Below, one piece after another: positions 36,223-47,597 of a stretch of 64,000 nucleotides of DNA. The DNA comes from Hamiltosporidium tvaerminnensis FI-OER-3-3 (lineage: Eukaryota; Fungi; Microsporidia): contig CM061247.1 of NCBI GenBank assembly GCA_022605425.2, forward strand, positions 186,001-250,000. Direction: 5' to 3'. Both the position numbers and the translations under genes were made by a program. The notes under the pieces are model-generated. The model did not search any database. It was not told where the DNA came from and was given only the letters and a program-made list of their open reading frames with translations. The number at the start of each line of letters is the position of its first letter. Position 1 is the first letter of the stretch.

Positions 36223-36875
36223 GGTAAAAAAAGGAAGAAGATATTTGTATAAAATGTAAAGGAGAATTTTCGATTCTTTTTAAAATTATTGGTTACTGTA
36301 AAAATACGATAAGATTATTCGAAGATAAGAAACGGGACAAAATTTTCTTTTTTTTATTATTTGTTCTTGAAATAGGAGAATTTCTTTATAAAGAAATTAT
36401 ATTTTCTTATAATATATATAGAATTGAAAAATTTGATGTAAAACAAAGATTATGAATCGAGTTTAATAAATAATTATATATAAAAAAAATGAAGGTTATG
36501 AAGAATGGGGAATGAAGATATATTTGGTCAAAATATTTCATTTTAATAAAATTCTATAATTTAACCAATTAAATTAATTCTTTTAAAAAAAATAAATGAA
36601 TTAACAATTTTTTATTTAACATATACCATCGCTACACTTAAATCCAATATGTTCACAATTGTTTTTTTTATCATAAAATACCATCTCAGATGCTAAAAAT
36701 GAATCGGTATTGTAATATCCACAGTTTTAATTCTTTTAACTCCAATGAATTAAATGAAACTAATAAAACTCATTTACTCAACAACCGATATTTCAGACTC
36801 TTCAAATTTGCTTACTTCGCCGCCAAAAGTATAATATATCTTCAAAAAAATGCAATATAGTTTTAAATAATACAA

Positions 36876-39800
36876 CTACAAGTTCTTTGAGCCGTACATA
36901 TTATAATTTTTTCTTATATATTTTCTAATATTGTCCCAAATGAGTATAATGAATCCAAATAAAACAGGAAAAACAAACGGTAAAAAAGATACAGGTCTGG
37001 ACAAAAGTAGGTAATTAAATGCAGGAATATAAAGTATTGAAATACCAAATAAAAGACCGATAAGCGTACCATAAATAGGTAGCATATTTCTAAATGTACT
37101 TATACCGAAATATTCATTTTTTCTTTTACAAGTTAACAGATTGAATGCTTGTGATATTAAAATACTAAAGAAATAGGAACTCTGTGCTCTGTAAAGAATA
37201 TCAAGTTGAACTTCTGAATTTAAAGAAATACCGTTTTCTAAAAATATATTTTTACTTTCCAGTTTGAAGTAATCCTGAGAGGACATAAAGAAATATGTTA
37301 TTGGAACGTTTGATAAGTATAGAGTTATAAAGAATGAAGTCAAACATCCTAGTGTAATAAGAGTGCCTGCTTCTAAATATGCCCAGGATAAAAGATCGAT
37401 GTCACATAATGTTTCACCGGTTTCTTTTTTTAAAAAAATGTTTTTTATTTTTCTAAAAAAAGAAAAGAGAAAAACTTTTTCTGCTAAAATATTTCTTCTA
37501 ACTAATAAAGAAGGTTCGGTGTTTATTTCTAGGACTGTATTGGGATTGTTGGAGGCTTCTGGATTTGTATCACTGATATCAGTGTTTTTATTATTTAATG
37601 TATTGGCGGTGGTTGTGTTGTTTATATTGTCTATATTCCTAGTAAGTAATTTTCTTGGTGGATCGTGCATTAGATTACCTTCTGGTGGTTCAAAAGCCAG
37701 AGAAACAGCAGGTAAAAATTCAGTAAATAAATCTATAAGCATAAGTAGTAACGAGGACATGGGAGAAGGAACACCAAATGCCACAAATAATAGGAAAGGA
37801 ATAACTTGTGGTGTAATGTGTGACAAAATGTAACGAATGCTTTTTTTTAGATTTGAAAAAATGAGTCTTCCTTCTAATACGCCGTTTACGATTGAAGGAA
37901 AATTGTCATCTAAAATAATCATTTTGGCTGCTTCTTTAGAAACATCACTCGCCGTTTTATTCATAGAAATACCAAGATGGGCTTTTTTCAATGCTGGGCT
38001 ATCATTAACTCCATCACCACTTACACCAACAATATGTCCTTTTTCTTGAAATTTTTCAACTATTTTTAATTTTTGTTTTGGTGATGTTCTGGCAAATATA
38101 ATTTCTCGTTTTGAAAGAATTATGTTCCAATCTCTATCAGATAAATTGTCTATTTCTGTTCCACTTATTATTTCTACATCGTATTGATCTTCTTTCACAT
38201 CTTTGATTGGAATATTTAAAAGTGAAGCAGCTTGTTCTTTTGTTTTTCCTGAAACCAACGTTATTTTTCTTGCTATCGACTCTGCCGTTAAATGATGGTC
38301 ACCTGTAACCATTACTACTTGAATACCGGCTTTTCTTAATTGTGTTATGGCGTCCTTGACACCTTTTTTTGGTGGATCTAAAATACCGATTGTGCATAGA
38401 AAAGTAAGATCCTTAGGATTTATTCCAAAATTGTGTTTGTTTAAATTAACAGATAAATCGTTTGTATTTTCATTATTTGTACTTTTCTTTACTTTTTTCA
38501 TTTTACTTAAATATTCCTCCTTATTTATTATTTTATATGCCATTCCAATAACTCTGTGTCCATTCGAGGCAAAATCATCGTATTTCGTATAAAAGGTATT
38601 TCTAAATTCGTCATTTATTTTCAAATCAGAATCATTAAATCTTCGATATGAACAATAATTTAATATTCTTTCAGGTGCTCCTTTCATATAAACAATAAAA
38701 TTCTCTTCTTCTTCATAAACCACAACATGTAGCTTGGTTTCACTAGAAAATGGAATTTCTCCCAATTTATTTTCTCTTATTCTACTTATGTCCATAACCA
38801 AGTCACTAATTTTATTCATATAATCTAATCCGAAATTCATTAAGGCGGTTTCAGTTGGATCTCCAACAATTTTATTTTTGTTATTTACTTTTGCATTGTT
38901 ACACAAACAACAAATTTTTATGAGTTCTTTAAGATTTTTTACATTCAAATTAATACTTTCTAATGCTAATGCATCACATTCTTCTTTTTTAATAGTAGAA
39001 GTCGTATTTGAGTCAAGATTGCTGATATTTTCTGATTGAATATCATTTTGAATTTCTAAATATCTTTCATTTTTATCTTTTTTACTTTTTGTTTCTTTAG
39101 AATCACTCTTATATTTCAAAATGGAATATGAAGATTCGTTGATCCATAAAGTATTACATGCCATTTTTCCTTTTGTGAGAGTGCCTGTTTTATCCGAAGC
39201 AAGTAAACTAATGGATCCTAGGGTTTCGACTGCTCTTAAATCTTTAACCAAAACATTTTTGCTGGCCATTCTCTTGGCTGCGATTACAAGTAAAATGGTA
39301 ACCGTAGCCGGTAATCCTTGTGGTACGAAGGCTATGAAGACACCGATACAAAACGATAAATTATCTACAAAAGTAAATCCATTTATAAGTGCGATAATGT
39401 AAAATATAAAAGAAGTTATGAATGCGATACATCCAAGTTTTTTGACATAGTCATTAATTTCTTCGGTTAGTTGACTTTTTTCTGATTTTTTATTGACAGT
39501 AAGATTAGCAATTTTTCCTAAAATAGTATTATTTCCTACTTTTATAACGATTCCTTTTCCTTCACCAGAAACAACTTCGTTTCCACTAAATACCAAATTT
39601 GAAGCGTGTAATACGTCTGATCGAGATATTTCTGTATCTTTAAGGACAGGTACGCTTTCGCCTGTGATAGAAGAATTGTTTACTTTTAGCTCGTTACAAT
39701 ACATTAATCTACAATCTGCTCCTACTTTTTCACCAAGTTTAAATAGTAAAATATCGCCTACCACAATTTCGCTTGCGAAGATTTCTTCTTCAACTCCATT

Positions 39801-40331
39801 TCTAATTACTCTTGCTTTTTGTGGTACCAAAGTATTGAAACCTTTGATTATTTCAGCTGCTTTGTATTCTTGATAGAATTCCATCAAAGTATTAAGAAGA
39901 CAGACAATAATTATGGTGAAAGATAAGTAAAGATTGAGTATTAGTTTGTTGTTTAGCAGATAAATAGTAAAGGACATAAATGATGCGATAGTTAGTAAAA
40001 TATTAAAAGATTGAAAATATATCTTAAAAAATTTTAAACCGACGAAATCTTTTTTGGGTTTAGAAAATGTATTTTCGCCAAAATTTAATTTAGCTGTTTC
40101 AATTTCTTCAGCGGTTCTACCTTTATCGGGATCTACAGTGTATTTTATAAATAATTCTTCTAAAGATATGGTATGTTCATTAGTTTCTTTACTTTGTGTT
40201 TGGCTAATGTGAGAAGTCTGTTCCATAGGAATATGAGTTTTATCCATTTTTGACATTTCTTTATTTGTATTTTCACTTGTTTGCGGAATTGGAATCATGG
40301 TTTTTTCCGTTTCTTTTGTTGTATGTTTCAT
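36876..40331 (-). CDS. P-type II cation-transporting ATPase, P2C (Na,K/H,K alpha)-like
   Basis: TGES, SDKTGTLT, GDPTETAL, KGAPERIL, DPP, MVTGDH, FARTSPKQKLKIVE and GDGVNDSPALKKA; M5-M8 align with Na,K-ATPase alpha. First ATG at 40331 (the track start at 40343 is TTG). Confidence 0.93.
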   Translation of the reverse strand: MKHTTKETEKTMIPIPQTSENTNKEMSKMDKTHIPMEQTSHISQTQSKETNEHTISLEELFIKYTVDPDKGRTAEEIETAKLNFGENTFSKPKKDFVGLKFFKIYFQSFNILLTIASFMSFTIYLLNNKLILNLYLSFTIIIVCLLNTLMEFYQEYKAAEIIKGFNTLVPQKARVIRNGVEEEIFASEIVVGDILLFKLGEKVGADCRLMYCNELKVNNSSITGESVPVLKDTEISRSDVLHASNLVFSGNEVVSGEGKGIVIKVGNNTILGKIANLTVNKKSEKSQLTEEINDYVKKLGCIAFITSFIFYIIALINGFTFVDNLSFCIGVFIAFVPQGLPATVTILLVIAAKRMASKNVLVKDLRAVETLGSISLLASDKTGTLTKGKMACNTLWINESSYSILKYKSDSKETKSKKDKNERYLEIQNDIQSENISNLDSNTTSTIKKEECDALALESINLNVKNLKELIKICCLCNNAKVNNKNKIVGDPTETALMNFGLDYMNKISDLVMDISRIRENKLGEIPFSSETKLHVVVYEEEENFIVYMKGAPERILNYCSYRRFNDSDLKINDEFRNTFYTKYDDFASNGHRVIGMAYKIINKEEYLSKMKKVKKSTNNENTNDLSVNLNKHNFGINPKDLTFLCTIGILDPPKKGVKDAITQLRKAGIQVVMVTGDHHLTAESIARKITLVSGKTKEQAASLLNIPIKDVKEDQYDVEIISGTEIDNLSDRDWNIILSKREIIFARTSPKQKLKIVEKFQEKGHIVGVSGDGVNDSPALKKAHLGISMNKTASDVSKEAAKMIILDDNFPSIVNGVLEGRLIFSNLKKSIRYILSHITPQVIPFLLFVAFGVPSPMSSLLLMLIDLFTEFLPAVSLAFEPPEGNLMHDPPRKLLTRNIDNINNTTTANTLNNKNTDISDTNPEASNNPNTVLEINTEPSLLVRRNILAEKVFLFSFFRKIKNIFLKKETGETLCDIDLLSWAYLEAGTLITLGCLTSFFITLYLSNVPITYFFMSSQDYFKLESKNIFLENGISLNSEVQLDILYRAQSSYFFSILISQAFNLLTCKRKNEYFGISTFRNMLPIYGTLIGLLFGISILYIPAFNYLLLSRPVSFLPFVFPVLFGFIILIWDNIRKYIRKNYNMYGSKNL

Positions 40332-42011
40332 ATTTGTAAACAAAAAAATAAATTATATATTTGACCTCCTTTATTGCAATTAGAACCAAATAGAACATTT
40401 CTTAAAAACATAACAAATAATGTTTAAAGTAAATTTTTTAACTTATTATCTATTTATGCACAGTTTATATTGGAACAAATTATATCTATATCTTAGATTT
40501 ATTTATGCATCAAAACATATTTTTTTATCTAATTTAAATATTTTTTAAAAAAAATATGATAAATGATGATAAATAATAAGTAATTATTAAATTTTTATAG
40601 ATTTCGATTGGTCTATGAAGAAATAGAGGAACAAAACAAAAATGACAACTTTTAAAGAATTTAGAATTTATAAGAAAGTCATTTTATTTGAAATTGATAG
40701 ATACACTATAGATAGTTGTATATTAAAATTTTATTGGTTATAAAATTTTATGTTTAGTCTTATCAAATAAAAAAAATAATATTATATAAAATATTTATCA
40801 GATATTAGATCAAATAAAGATACTAATGAACAAATAAATTATTTAAAAATGTGAAACAAACTAATACAATCAACCAATAATCCTGATTAAATGATAGATT
40901 TTATTGTTTCCATATATAAAACAAGCTAATATAATCCACCAATAATTTCAATAAAAGAATGTACGTTCAAAATTCAATAGAGTTACAATTAAATGACCAA
41001 ATAAGAACTCTTTTACTAAAATAGTCAAATATACAATTACAATATAATTCTTGTACGTTTATTGAATTAATGCTATTTGCACTATTGGATACTATTTTTC
41101 TTCCCTTCACAGTAAACTGTAAATTTTTAAATTTAGCTAGTTAGTCGAATATAACTTTATCGATTTAAATTTCTTAGAAAATATTTTATACTTTTATCTA
41201 AATTGAATCAAATTATATAGCAATTAATCGTGAACTTCTAAAAATAGAAAACCCGAAATATAAAACATAGAAAATATATTCATCAGATCTTTTTACCAAT
41301 AGTGTACAATAGAAATCATAATCATTTAAAAATTTCATATTTCCCATCTATTCACCTATTATAAACTATTAAAGTAATATTTTTCATTTAAAAATTTAAA
41401 TATTTAGATTCATTCAATTAATACAAATTCTAATTAAATATTTTTTATTTTCTAATTATCTTTGAAGATATTTAAAATATATGTAAAAAAAAACAACCAC
41501 CATACAGTTATCTTGTATTTTTACAAAATAGAAATTTAACTCAGCGTATCGATTATTCAATATAAAATTTTTTTAATAATCAAATACGAAGAGAAAAGCT
41601 AAATTGCTAGTTTACAATGACTTATAGTAAGGTTTAAAAAATTAAAGTTTATTCTTTTAGAAATCTTAAGGTAAGAAATTCATAGTTTGGAAAATAAATT
41701 TTATAAGCCAAAAGAAATATTCTACAATTTAATAATGAATTTCTCTTTATTATCGAAGCAAATAATATCTATTTATATTCTAATGATATTTCATATTTTA
41801 AATATTTTTATCTTTTTTTTCTTTCCTTTAAAATATTTCTTTGTTCTAGGTTTGTATAACTTAATTTTTATTATAAAAAGATGCAATAAATAAAAAACAG
41901 TGAAAAGTCCTAAGTTTCTAATTCTAGTAAAGTATTTCATTTTTTTAATTGAATTTATTTTTAACTTAAAAAATTTGATTTAAAAAAAATATTACAACAC
42001 CTTTAATAATA

Positions 42012-43508
42012 ATGCTTTCATTAGAAGACGTAGGAAAAAAAGTGGATGAAAAAGAAAAATTTAAAATTTATAAAAAAATAATCGAAAAATTGAATTATCC
42101 GTTTATAGAAACGTTATATGTAAAGTTTTTTGGATCGCATCCAGTTACACTTTCAAACGAAACAATAGAATTGCTAATTAATAGAGATTATTACGTATGT
42201 GAAAAGAGTGACGGTATTCGTGTATTATTGTACATTTATAACGATAATAAATTTGTTTATTCGTTTTTTTTTGACAGAAAAAATGATTTTTACTTGGTAA
42301 ATATCAACAATAATATAAAAATTGGGACATATTTATTTGATGGAGAGTTGTATAACGATTTTGGTAAAAATTCAAGTGAAATCGTATTTTCTATTTTTGA
42401 TTGTTTAATTTATGAAGGAAATGATTTTTCTTTTCAAAATTTACAAAAAAGATTAGAGCTTTGTCAAAATTTTATTAATTTGTATAAAAATGTAGACGGT
42501 TTTAAGAAATATAAATTTAAAATTCAAGTCAAGCAGATGTTTAAAAGTTATGGATTTTATCAGGTTTATTCTGAAATCGATAACTTAGCACATAAAAACG
42601 ATGGGTTGATATTTACACCTGTGTATGAACCATATGTGTTTGGAAGGTGCTATACACTTCTAAAATGGAAACCGCCCAGTTTAAATACGGTAGATTTTTT
42701 GCTTAGAAAAAATAAAGAAGTAAAAAATTGTTATGAATTGCTATGTTTTGGCAAAAATAATGAAATGATTATTTTTGATCATTTTTTTGATTTTGAAATT
42801 GAGGAAGATAGAGGGAATGTTAAAGAATCTAATAAAATAAAAGAAAGCAATATTAATATGAAAAATGATTTATATAGAGGAGAAAAGGATGGTGAACGTG
42901 ATAGAAATCAAAATATAATACAAGAGGAAGAAAATAAAGGAGAGATGAAGAAGGACAAAGAAGATAGGCAAAGAGATGGAAATCAAAATATAATACAAGA
43001 GGAAGAAAATAAAGGAGAGATGAAGAAGGACAAAGAAGATAGGCAAAGAGATGGAAATCAAAATATAATACAAGAGGAAGAAAATAAAGGAGAGATGAAG
43101 AAGGACAAAGAAGATAGGCAAAGAGATGGAAATCAAAATATAATACAAGAGGAAGAAAATAAAGGAAAAATAAATCAGAATGATGAAGAGTTTGAAAGAA
43201 AGCGTTTTAAAATTAGTCAAGACAGTAGAATTCAAGATAAAACCGAAGAAGTTTATGATGGTAAAATCGGTGAATTTGTATATTTAAATAATTCTAAATC
43301 TATTGATTTGAATGATTTATCGATTAAAGATGGAGCATGGAGTCTTTTAAAAATAAGAAACGATAAAAACACGCCAAATTCTTTTAAAGTAATAATTAAT
43401 ATTATGTCATCAATTGAGGAAAATATATGTTTTGAAGAACTTACAAAACATTTTAAAAATATAAAGAATGGATGGAATTATAGAATATTAAATCACTTGA
43501 AACGATGA
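42012..43508 (+). CDS. CEG1: mRNA capping enzyme, guanylyltransferase
   Basis: F.GSHPV, motif I EKSDGIR, FDRKN, FDGEL, IFDCL, NDGLIF, LLKWKP..LNTVDF and C-terminal RNDKNTPN. Confidence 0.95.
   Translation: MLSLEDVGKKVDEKEKFKIYKKIIEKLNYPFIETLYVKFFGSHPVTLSNETIELLINRDYYVCEKSDGIRVLLYIYNDNKFVYSFFFDRKNDFYLVNINNNIKIGTYLFDGELYNDFGKNSSEIVFSIFDCLIYEGNDFSFQNLQKRLELCQNFINLYKNVDGFKKYKFKIQVKQMFKSYGFYQVYSEIDNLAHKNDGLIFTPVYEPYVFGRCYTLLKWKPPSLNTVDFLLRKNKEVKNCYELLCFGKNNEMIIFDHFFDFEIEEDRGNVKESNKIKESNINMKNDLYRGEKDGERDRNQNIIQEEENKGEMKKDKEDRQRDGNQNIIQEEENKGEMKKDKEDRQRDGNQNIIQEEENKGEMKKDKEDRQRDGNQNIIQEEENKGKINQNDEEFERKRFKISQDSRIQDKTEEVYDGKIGEFVYLNNSKSIDLNDLSIKDGAWSLLKIRNDKNTPNSFKVIINIMSSIEENICFEELTKHFKNIKNGWNYRILNHLKR
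42906..43166 (+). repeat. 75-bp (25-aa) in-frame tandem repeat inside the capping enzyme
   Basis: aatcaaaatataatacaagaggaag at 42906, 42981, 43056 and 43131. Confidence 0.95.
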
Positions 43509-44095
43509 ATTCTGTGCATTGAATTATTAGGTTTAGATTACTTTTGTATAAATATTTATTTCTATTAAATAAATAATTATTGTATACAAAGACTTCTATT
43601 TTTAAGTTTAATATTTTCTCATTAAATTTATAAATTTAAAAATTATTTTTTTTATTTATGCATTTAATTAGTTATAAAGATATTGTATAATTCTGATTAG
43701 ATAGAAGATTTGACAGAAAATTGAAATATTAAAAAAAAATTATGTTTTTGTAACAATACGTATAAAATAAAACAGTTTACTTTCAAATATATTAAGAAAA
43801 GCAAATTTTTATTTAATTTACTAAACTAAAGAAAATTTTATTTCATTCGAATTAATATGCAAAATTTCAATAAAATATTTTAAAAGCTTTGTTAAGAAAA
43901 AAGAATTATTGGTGTGAAATTGCTTTCCTGGTATTGATATATTTATCGCATCATTTTATTTCATTAAATAAATCGAAAAGAAAATTATTGTATTTTGCTG
44001 TTTGTAAAATTTTGATTCTTTTAGTTTTCTTTTACATGAAAATAACAGTTAGATTTAAAAAACGATAAAAATATTAAAAAAACCAGAGCACCCTA

Positions 44096-44815
44096 ATGTA
44101 CTACGATTTGAATATTCAAGAATCATTTGATACATCCGACATACAAGAATTGAATCAAACAGAATACGAAGGTTTCTGTATTACAAGAACATGTGATTCA
44201 AAAACGTATGCAAACAAAGATAAAATAAAAAAATTTAAAAACTTGACCAAAAAAATCTACAGCAAAGTAGAAATAGATATTGAAACAGAAGATTACAGCA
44301 CATTTCTATACACTAAAATACCATATTATGACGTAATATCACTCAAAATATCAAACAACACAATTCTCAAATCGGCTGTTAAAGAATGGCACCCTGATAT
44401 CATAACTTTTGATTTTACCAATCCTGATCTTAAATTACACAAAGGATATATCAAAGAAGGAATCCTTAAAAATATATTTTATGAAATTCCTATCAGAGAT
44501 GCCCTTTACGACACCAAAACCAAAATAAATTGGTTAAAAAATACGAATCAACTTTTAAAAATTACAAAAGGTAAAAATACTTTATTCAGTAGTAATGCTA
44601 CATGTTTTACTGAAATTAAAAGACCAATGGATATTGTTAAATTATTACAGTCATTAGGGATTTCAGAAGATCAAGGACATAAAATAATACAAAATTCTGA
44701 AGAATGTTTAAAAACATGTGCTTTTAAAAGATATTGTTATAGAGGTATATCTAATTCATTAGAAGAAGGACAATTAAAAAGAGATTTTATTATAAATCAA
44801 TTCATTGATATTTGA
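44096..44815 (+). CDS. RPP1: RNase P/MRP protein subunit p30
   Basis: MYYDLNI start, PDIITFDF, IFYEI.IRDAL, TKGKN.LFSSNA and KRPMDIVKL..SLG, typical of Rpp30/Rpp1. Confidence 0.88.
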   Translation: MYYDLNIQESFDTSDIQELNQTEYEGFCITRTCDSKTYANKDKIKKFKNLTKKIYSKVEIDIETEDYSTFLYTKIPYYDVISLKISNNTILKSAVKEWHPDIITFDFTNPDLKLHKGYIKEGILKNIFYEIPIRDALYDTKTKINWLKNTNQLLKITKGKNTLFSSNATCFTEIKRPMDIVKLLQSLGISEDQGHKIIQNSEECLKTCAFKRYCYRGISNSLEEGQLKRDFIINQFIDI

Positions 44816-44941
44816 AGAATATCTAAGGAATATTTATTTATTTAAGAATTAAACAATTATTTCTTAAATATTCCAAGATAAAGATTACAATATATTTGAA
44901 ATATTTTCTGTAAGTAATAACAGAAACACGATTCAGTTAAC

Positions 44942-45713
44942 TTTTTATTTAATAAAATTCTGGGTTAACAAATTTTTCTCTTTTCTAAATAATTCTTTCC
45001 ACCATTTCAACCACTTCTATCTCTTCCTCCAACTCCAACTCTTCAGTTGTATTAGTTGTTGGTTCCTTTGCTGTGGTTATACCATCCAAAATAAGGGGTA
45101 AAATATTTTTTGTATTTTCCGTTTTAACATCATCTTCCTCGTTGTCTACTTGCTTTAAAGGGGGTATTGGTTGTTTATGGATCTCAGCTCCTAAGATAAC
45201 ACTTAATGATGCTCTCTCCCAGCTCTACTCGGCATTTGGACCAGACTCAAGTCCTCTTCGTCGATCAAAAGAAATTGTTTCGACTGTCTTCTTGAGTACT
45301 ATGGATTGTATATATGCCTCTACATTCATGGGTATTTGTAGTCTCTTAACATACGTCTTATGGTATTTGGTCACAATACCGTCCCAGGTCATCACATAAG
45401 GAATTATCTCTACACTGCATTTATAAATAAGACCTAACTCATTTGCTAATAGGTCATACTTCCTAAGCTTCTCTGTTTCAACTATTTGAAAAGAGTCTTG
45501 AGATGTGATTCCTACTTCAATGAGGGTTATCCTATTCTGTCTCTTGTCTAAAATAAATATATCTGGTCTGTTACACCGAATCTTGACATCAGTTTTTATT
45601 CTGGTGTCCACTCTTATCTCTGCATATTCGTTATCAAGAATTTCTTGAACTGAGTGGCTTCTAATTCGTTTCGAAGACTTAAACTTATATTTATTCAGCA
45701 AGAGTAAATGTAT
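44942..45713 (-). mobile_element. 5'-truncated R4-like non-LTR retrotransposon (REL endonuclease to 3' end) with 16-bp TSD
   Basis: NRPDIFILDK..ITLIEVG...EKLRKY is a PD-(D/E)xK restriction-like endonuclease. TSD acacgattcagttaac at 44926-44941 and 45714-45729; in-frame TAG at 45225. Confidence 0.93.
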
Positions 45714-46450
45714 ACACGATTCAGTTAACAAATAATAAGTTTAGAAAATATTTATGATTTTAAATAAAAAAAATTTCAATCCATTTATTAATTCATAAAT
45801 ATTAAATTAATTAAAATTTCTTGAAAAAGTAATATAATATAAGTAATAAAAGTATTATTTTAATAATTTTTTGTGAAAAAACGTGCATTGGGGCTCTCGG
45901 AAGGAATGTAAGAAATTGGGCTCAATTAGAGTAAAATTAAGCTAGCATGGTTTTAGTGAAGTTTTAGAGATATTGATACCTTTTAGAAACAGAATTTTAA
46001 TGTTGTTAAATGGAATAAGGTTTTCAATCAAAAAATTGTCTTTCGTATAGGAAAAATCCCGGGCTTTATCATCTAAAAACAAAGTATAACCACAAATATA
46101 GAGCTATATATAGGATGGTTCTGCATGATAGAGTGATGTAAATGAATTGGCTTTCATAGGAAAAAAAACTATAACGAATTATATTTTATTCACTCCGTTT
46201 CAATAATAATTTTTTTATGAACCAATTGATATTTTTTTAGAAAAAAAGAATCATTGGTTTGTTTTGATGATTTGGTATTGAAATAACTATACTTTTTAAT
46301 AGAAAGTTCAAATTATAAGAATTTTCATGAGACATCTTTGAATTTATTACTAGGAACTTCTTAGAGTTGTACTTACTCGTAGTAGAAACTGTAATAGTAA
46401 ATATTTTGAAATCAATGCTTTTTTTTCAGTATAACATTTACAATAACCAT

Positions 46451-47170
46451 TTATTAAATAAGTATCACATCCTTTGTAAAAAAATGGAATTTTTTATATT
46501 TTTTTCATGAAATTGACGCAGTTCTAGGTTTAACAAAGATAACTACTTCCCGAAATTTCGGTACCTCTACGGTAACTATATCCTAAGTCCTTTCTTCAAA
46601 ATCTATGTAAAGCTAGTTAAATAGTCGAAGCACTTACCCCGAATTCGTTTATTTCTGTTTTCTAAAGTGTGATCGCGTCTCGAAACTCACGATTTGACAC
46701 CTCAGGACCAACAATATTTCCAGTTACCCTACAATTTCTTAACCGAATTGACTTCCAGCTAAGATATATCTCAGGAACTGAAATTAGTCTATCTATGCTT
46801 TTCGATGTTATACTAGCGGATATGACTTGTAATTTAGAATTCAAGGCTTTTTAATGGTTATATATTTTTTATATCTTTGTGCTCTAAGTATTCTAACAAG
46901 CGTGAGCAAGATTAGATTTTTATGCTTTTTCATCATAATCTCCTATAACCTTAGGAGCGGGCTAAAATCGCGTTACATAAAGACTATAAAATATAAGCCT
47001 ATAAAAATATTACGAGTTTTAGACTCTTCTTACTCATACGAATTTCTATAAAACACCCAAAATGTAATGGAGTTTTCATTCCATAAAAGATATAAATAAT
47101 TATTTTCATAGCAATTTCAGGTACTGATAGCATAATAGATAAAATTTGTTCTGGTTTTAGTATTTCCATC
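46451..47170 (-). mobile_element. ~720-bp SINE-like family, full-length diverged copy
   Basis: Left end ttattaaataagtatcacatc matches 28055; ttgacgcagttctaggtttaaca at 46513; gtgtgatcg, taagatatat, ctaagtattctaac, gtgagcaag and gttacataa in the same order. Confidence 0.85.
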
Positions 47171-47597
47171 AAAAAAATACTTAAAATAGGAATAAACCAA
47201 ATATGTTCTTCAATTAAATAAAATTCTTTTTAAAAACTTGTTTATAATTTTAATTTTGCGATTATGTAAGAAACCATTTTATTCCAATATCAAAGAATTT
47301 TAATAATAATATCTGATTAAAGTAAACGTAAATGACATATTGTGTTTACCTAAATCTATCTTTAGTGAAAAAAAATCCCAAGTTAAAAGATATAAATAAA
47401 GAAAATAGATTTAAAGTTTAAATTTTTACTTTTAAAATTGCAAGTACATCAACTGTAACATTCACTATTTAAGATTGAATAGTTTTTAGATGAAAATATT
47501 TTTAGATCAAATTTATGTCTATGGTCAAATGAAAAATATTTTGTATAAAATGTAAATGTTGTAATTAAATATAGAGAGGCTTAAATTTTTTCGACCT

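Noticed and set aside
37363-39873. Plus-strand ORFs within the ATPase, and similar antisense or alternate-frame ORFs over CCT2, H3, H4, SDS22, CEG1, the LRR gene and the LINEs
   Set aside because: Shadow ORFs of real coding sequences.
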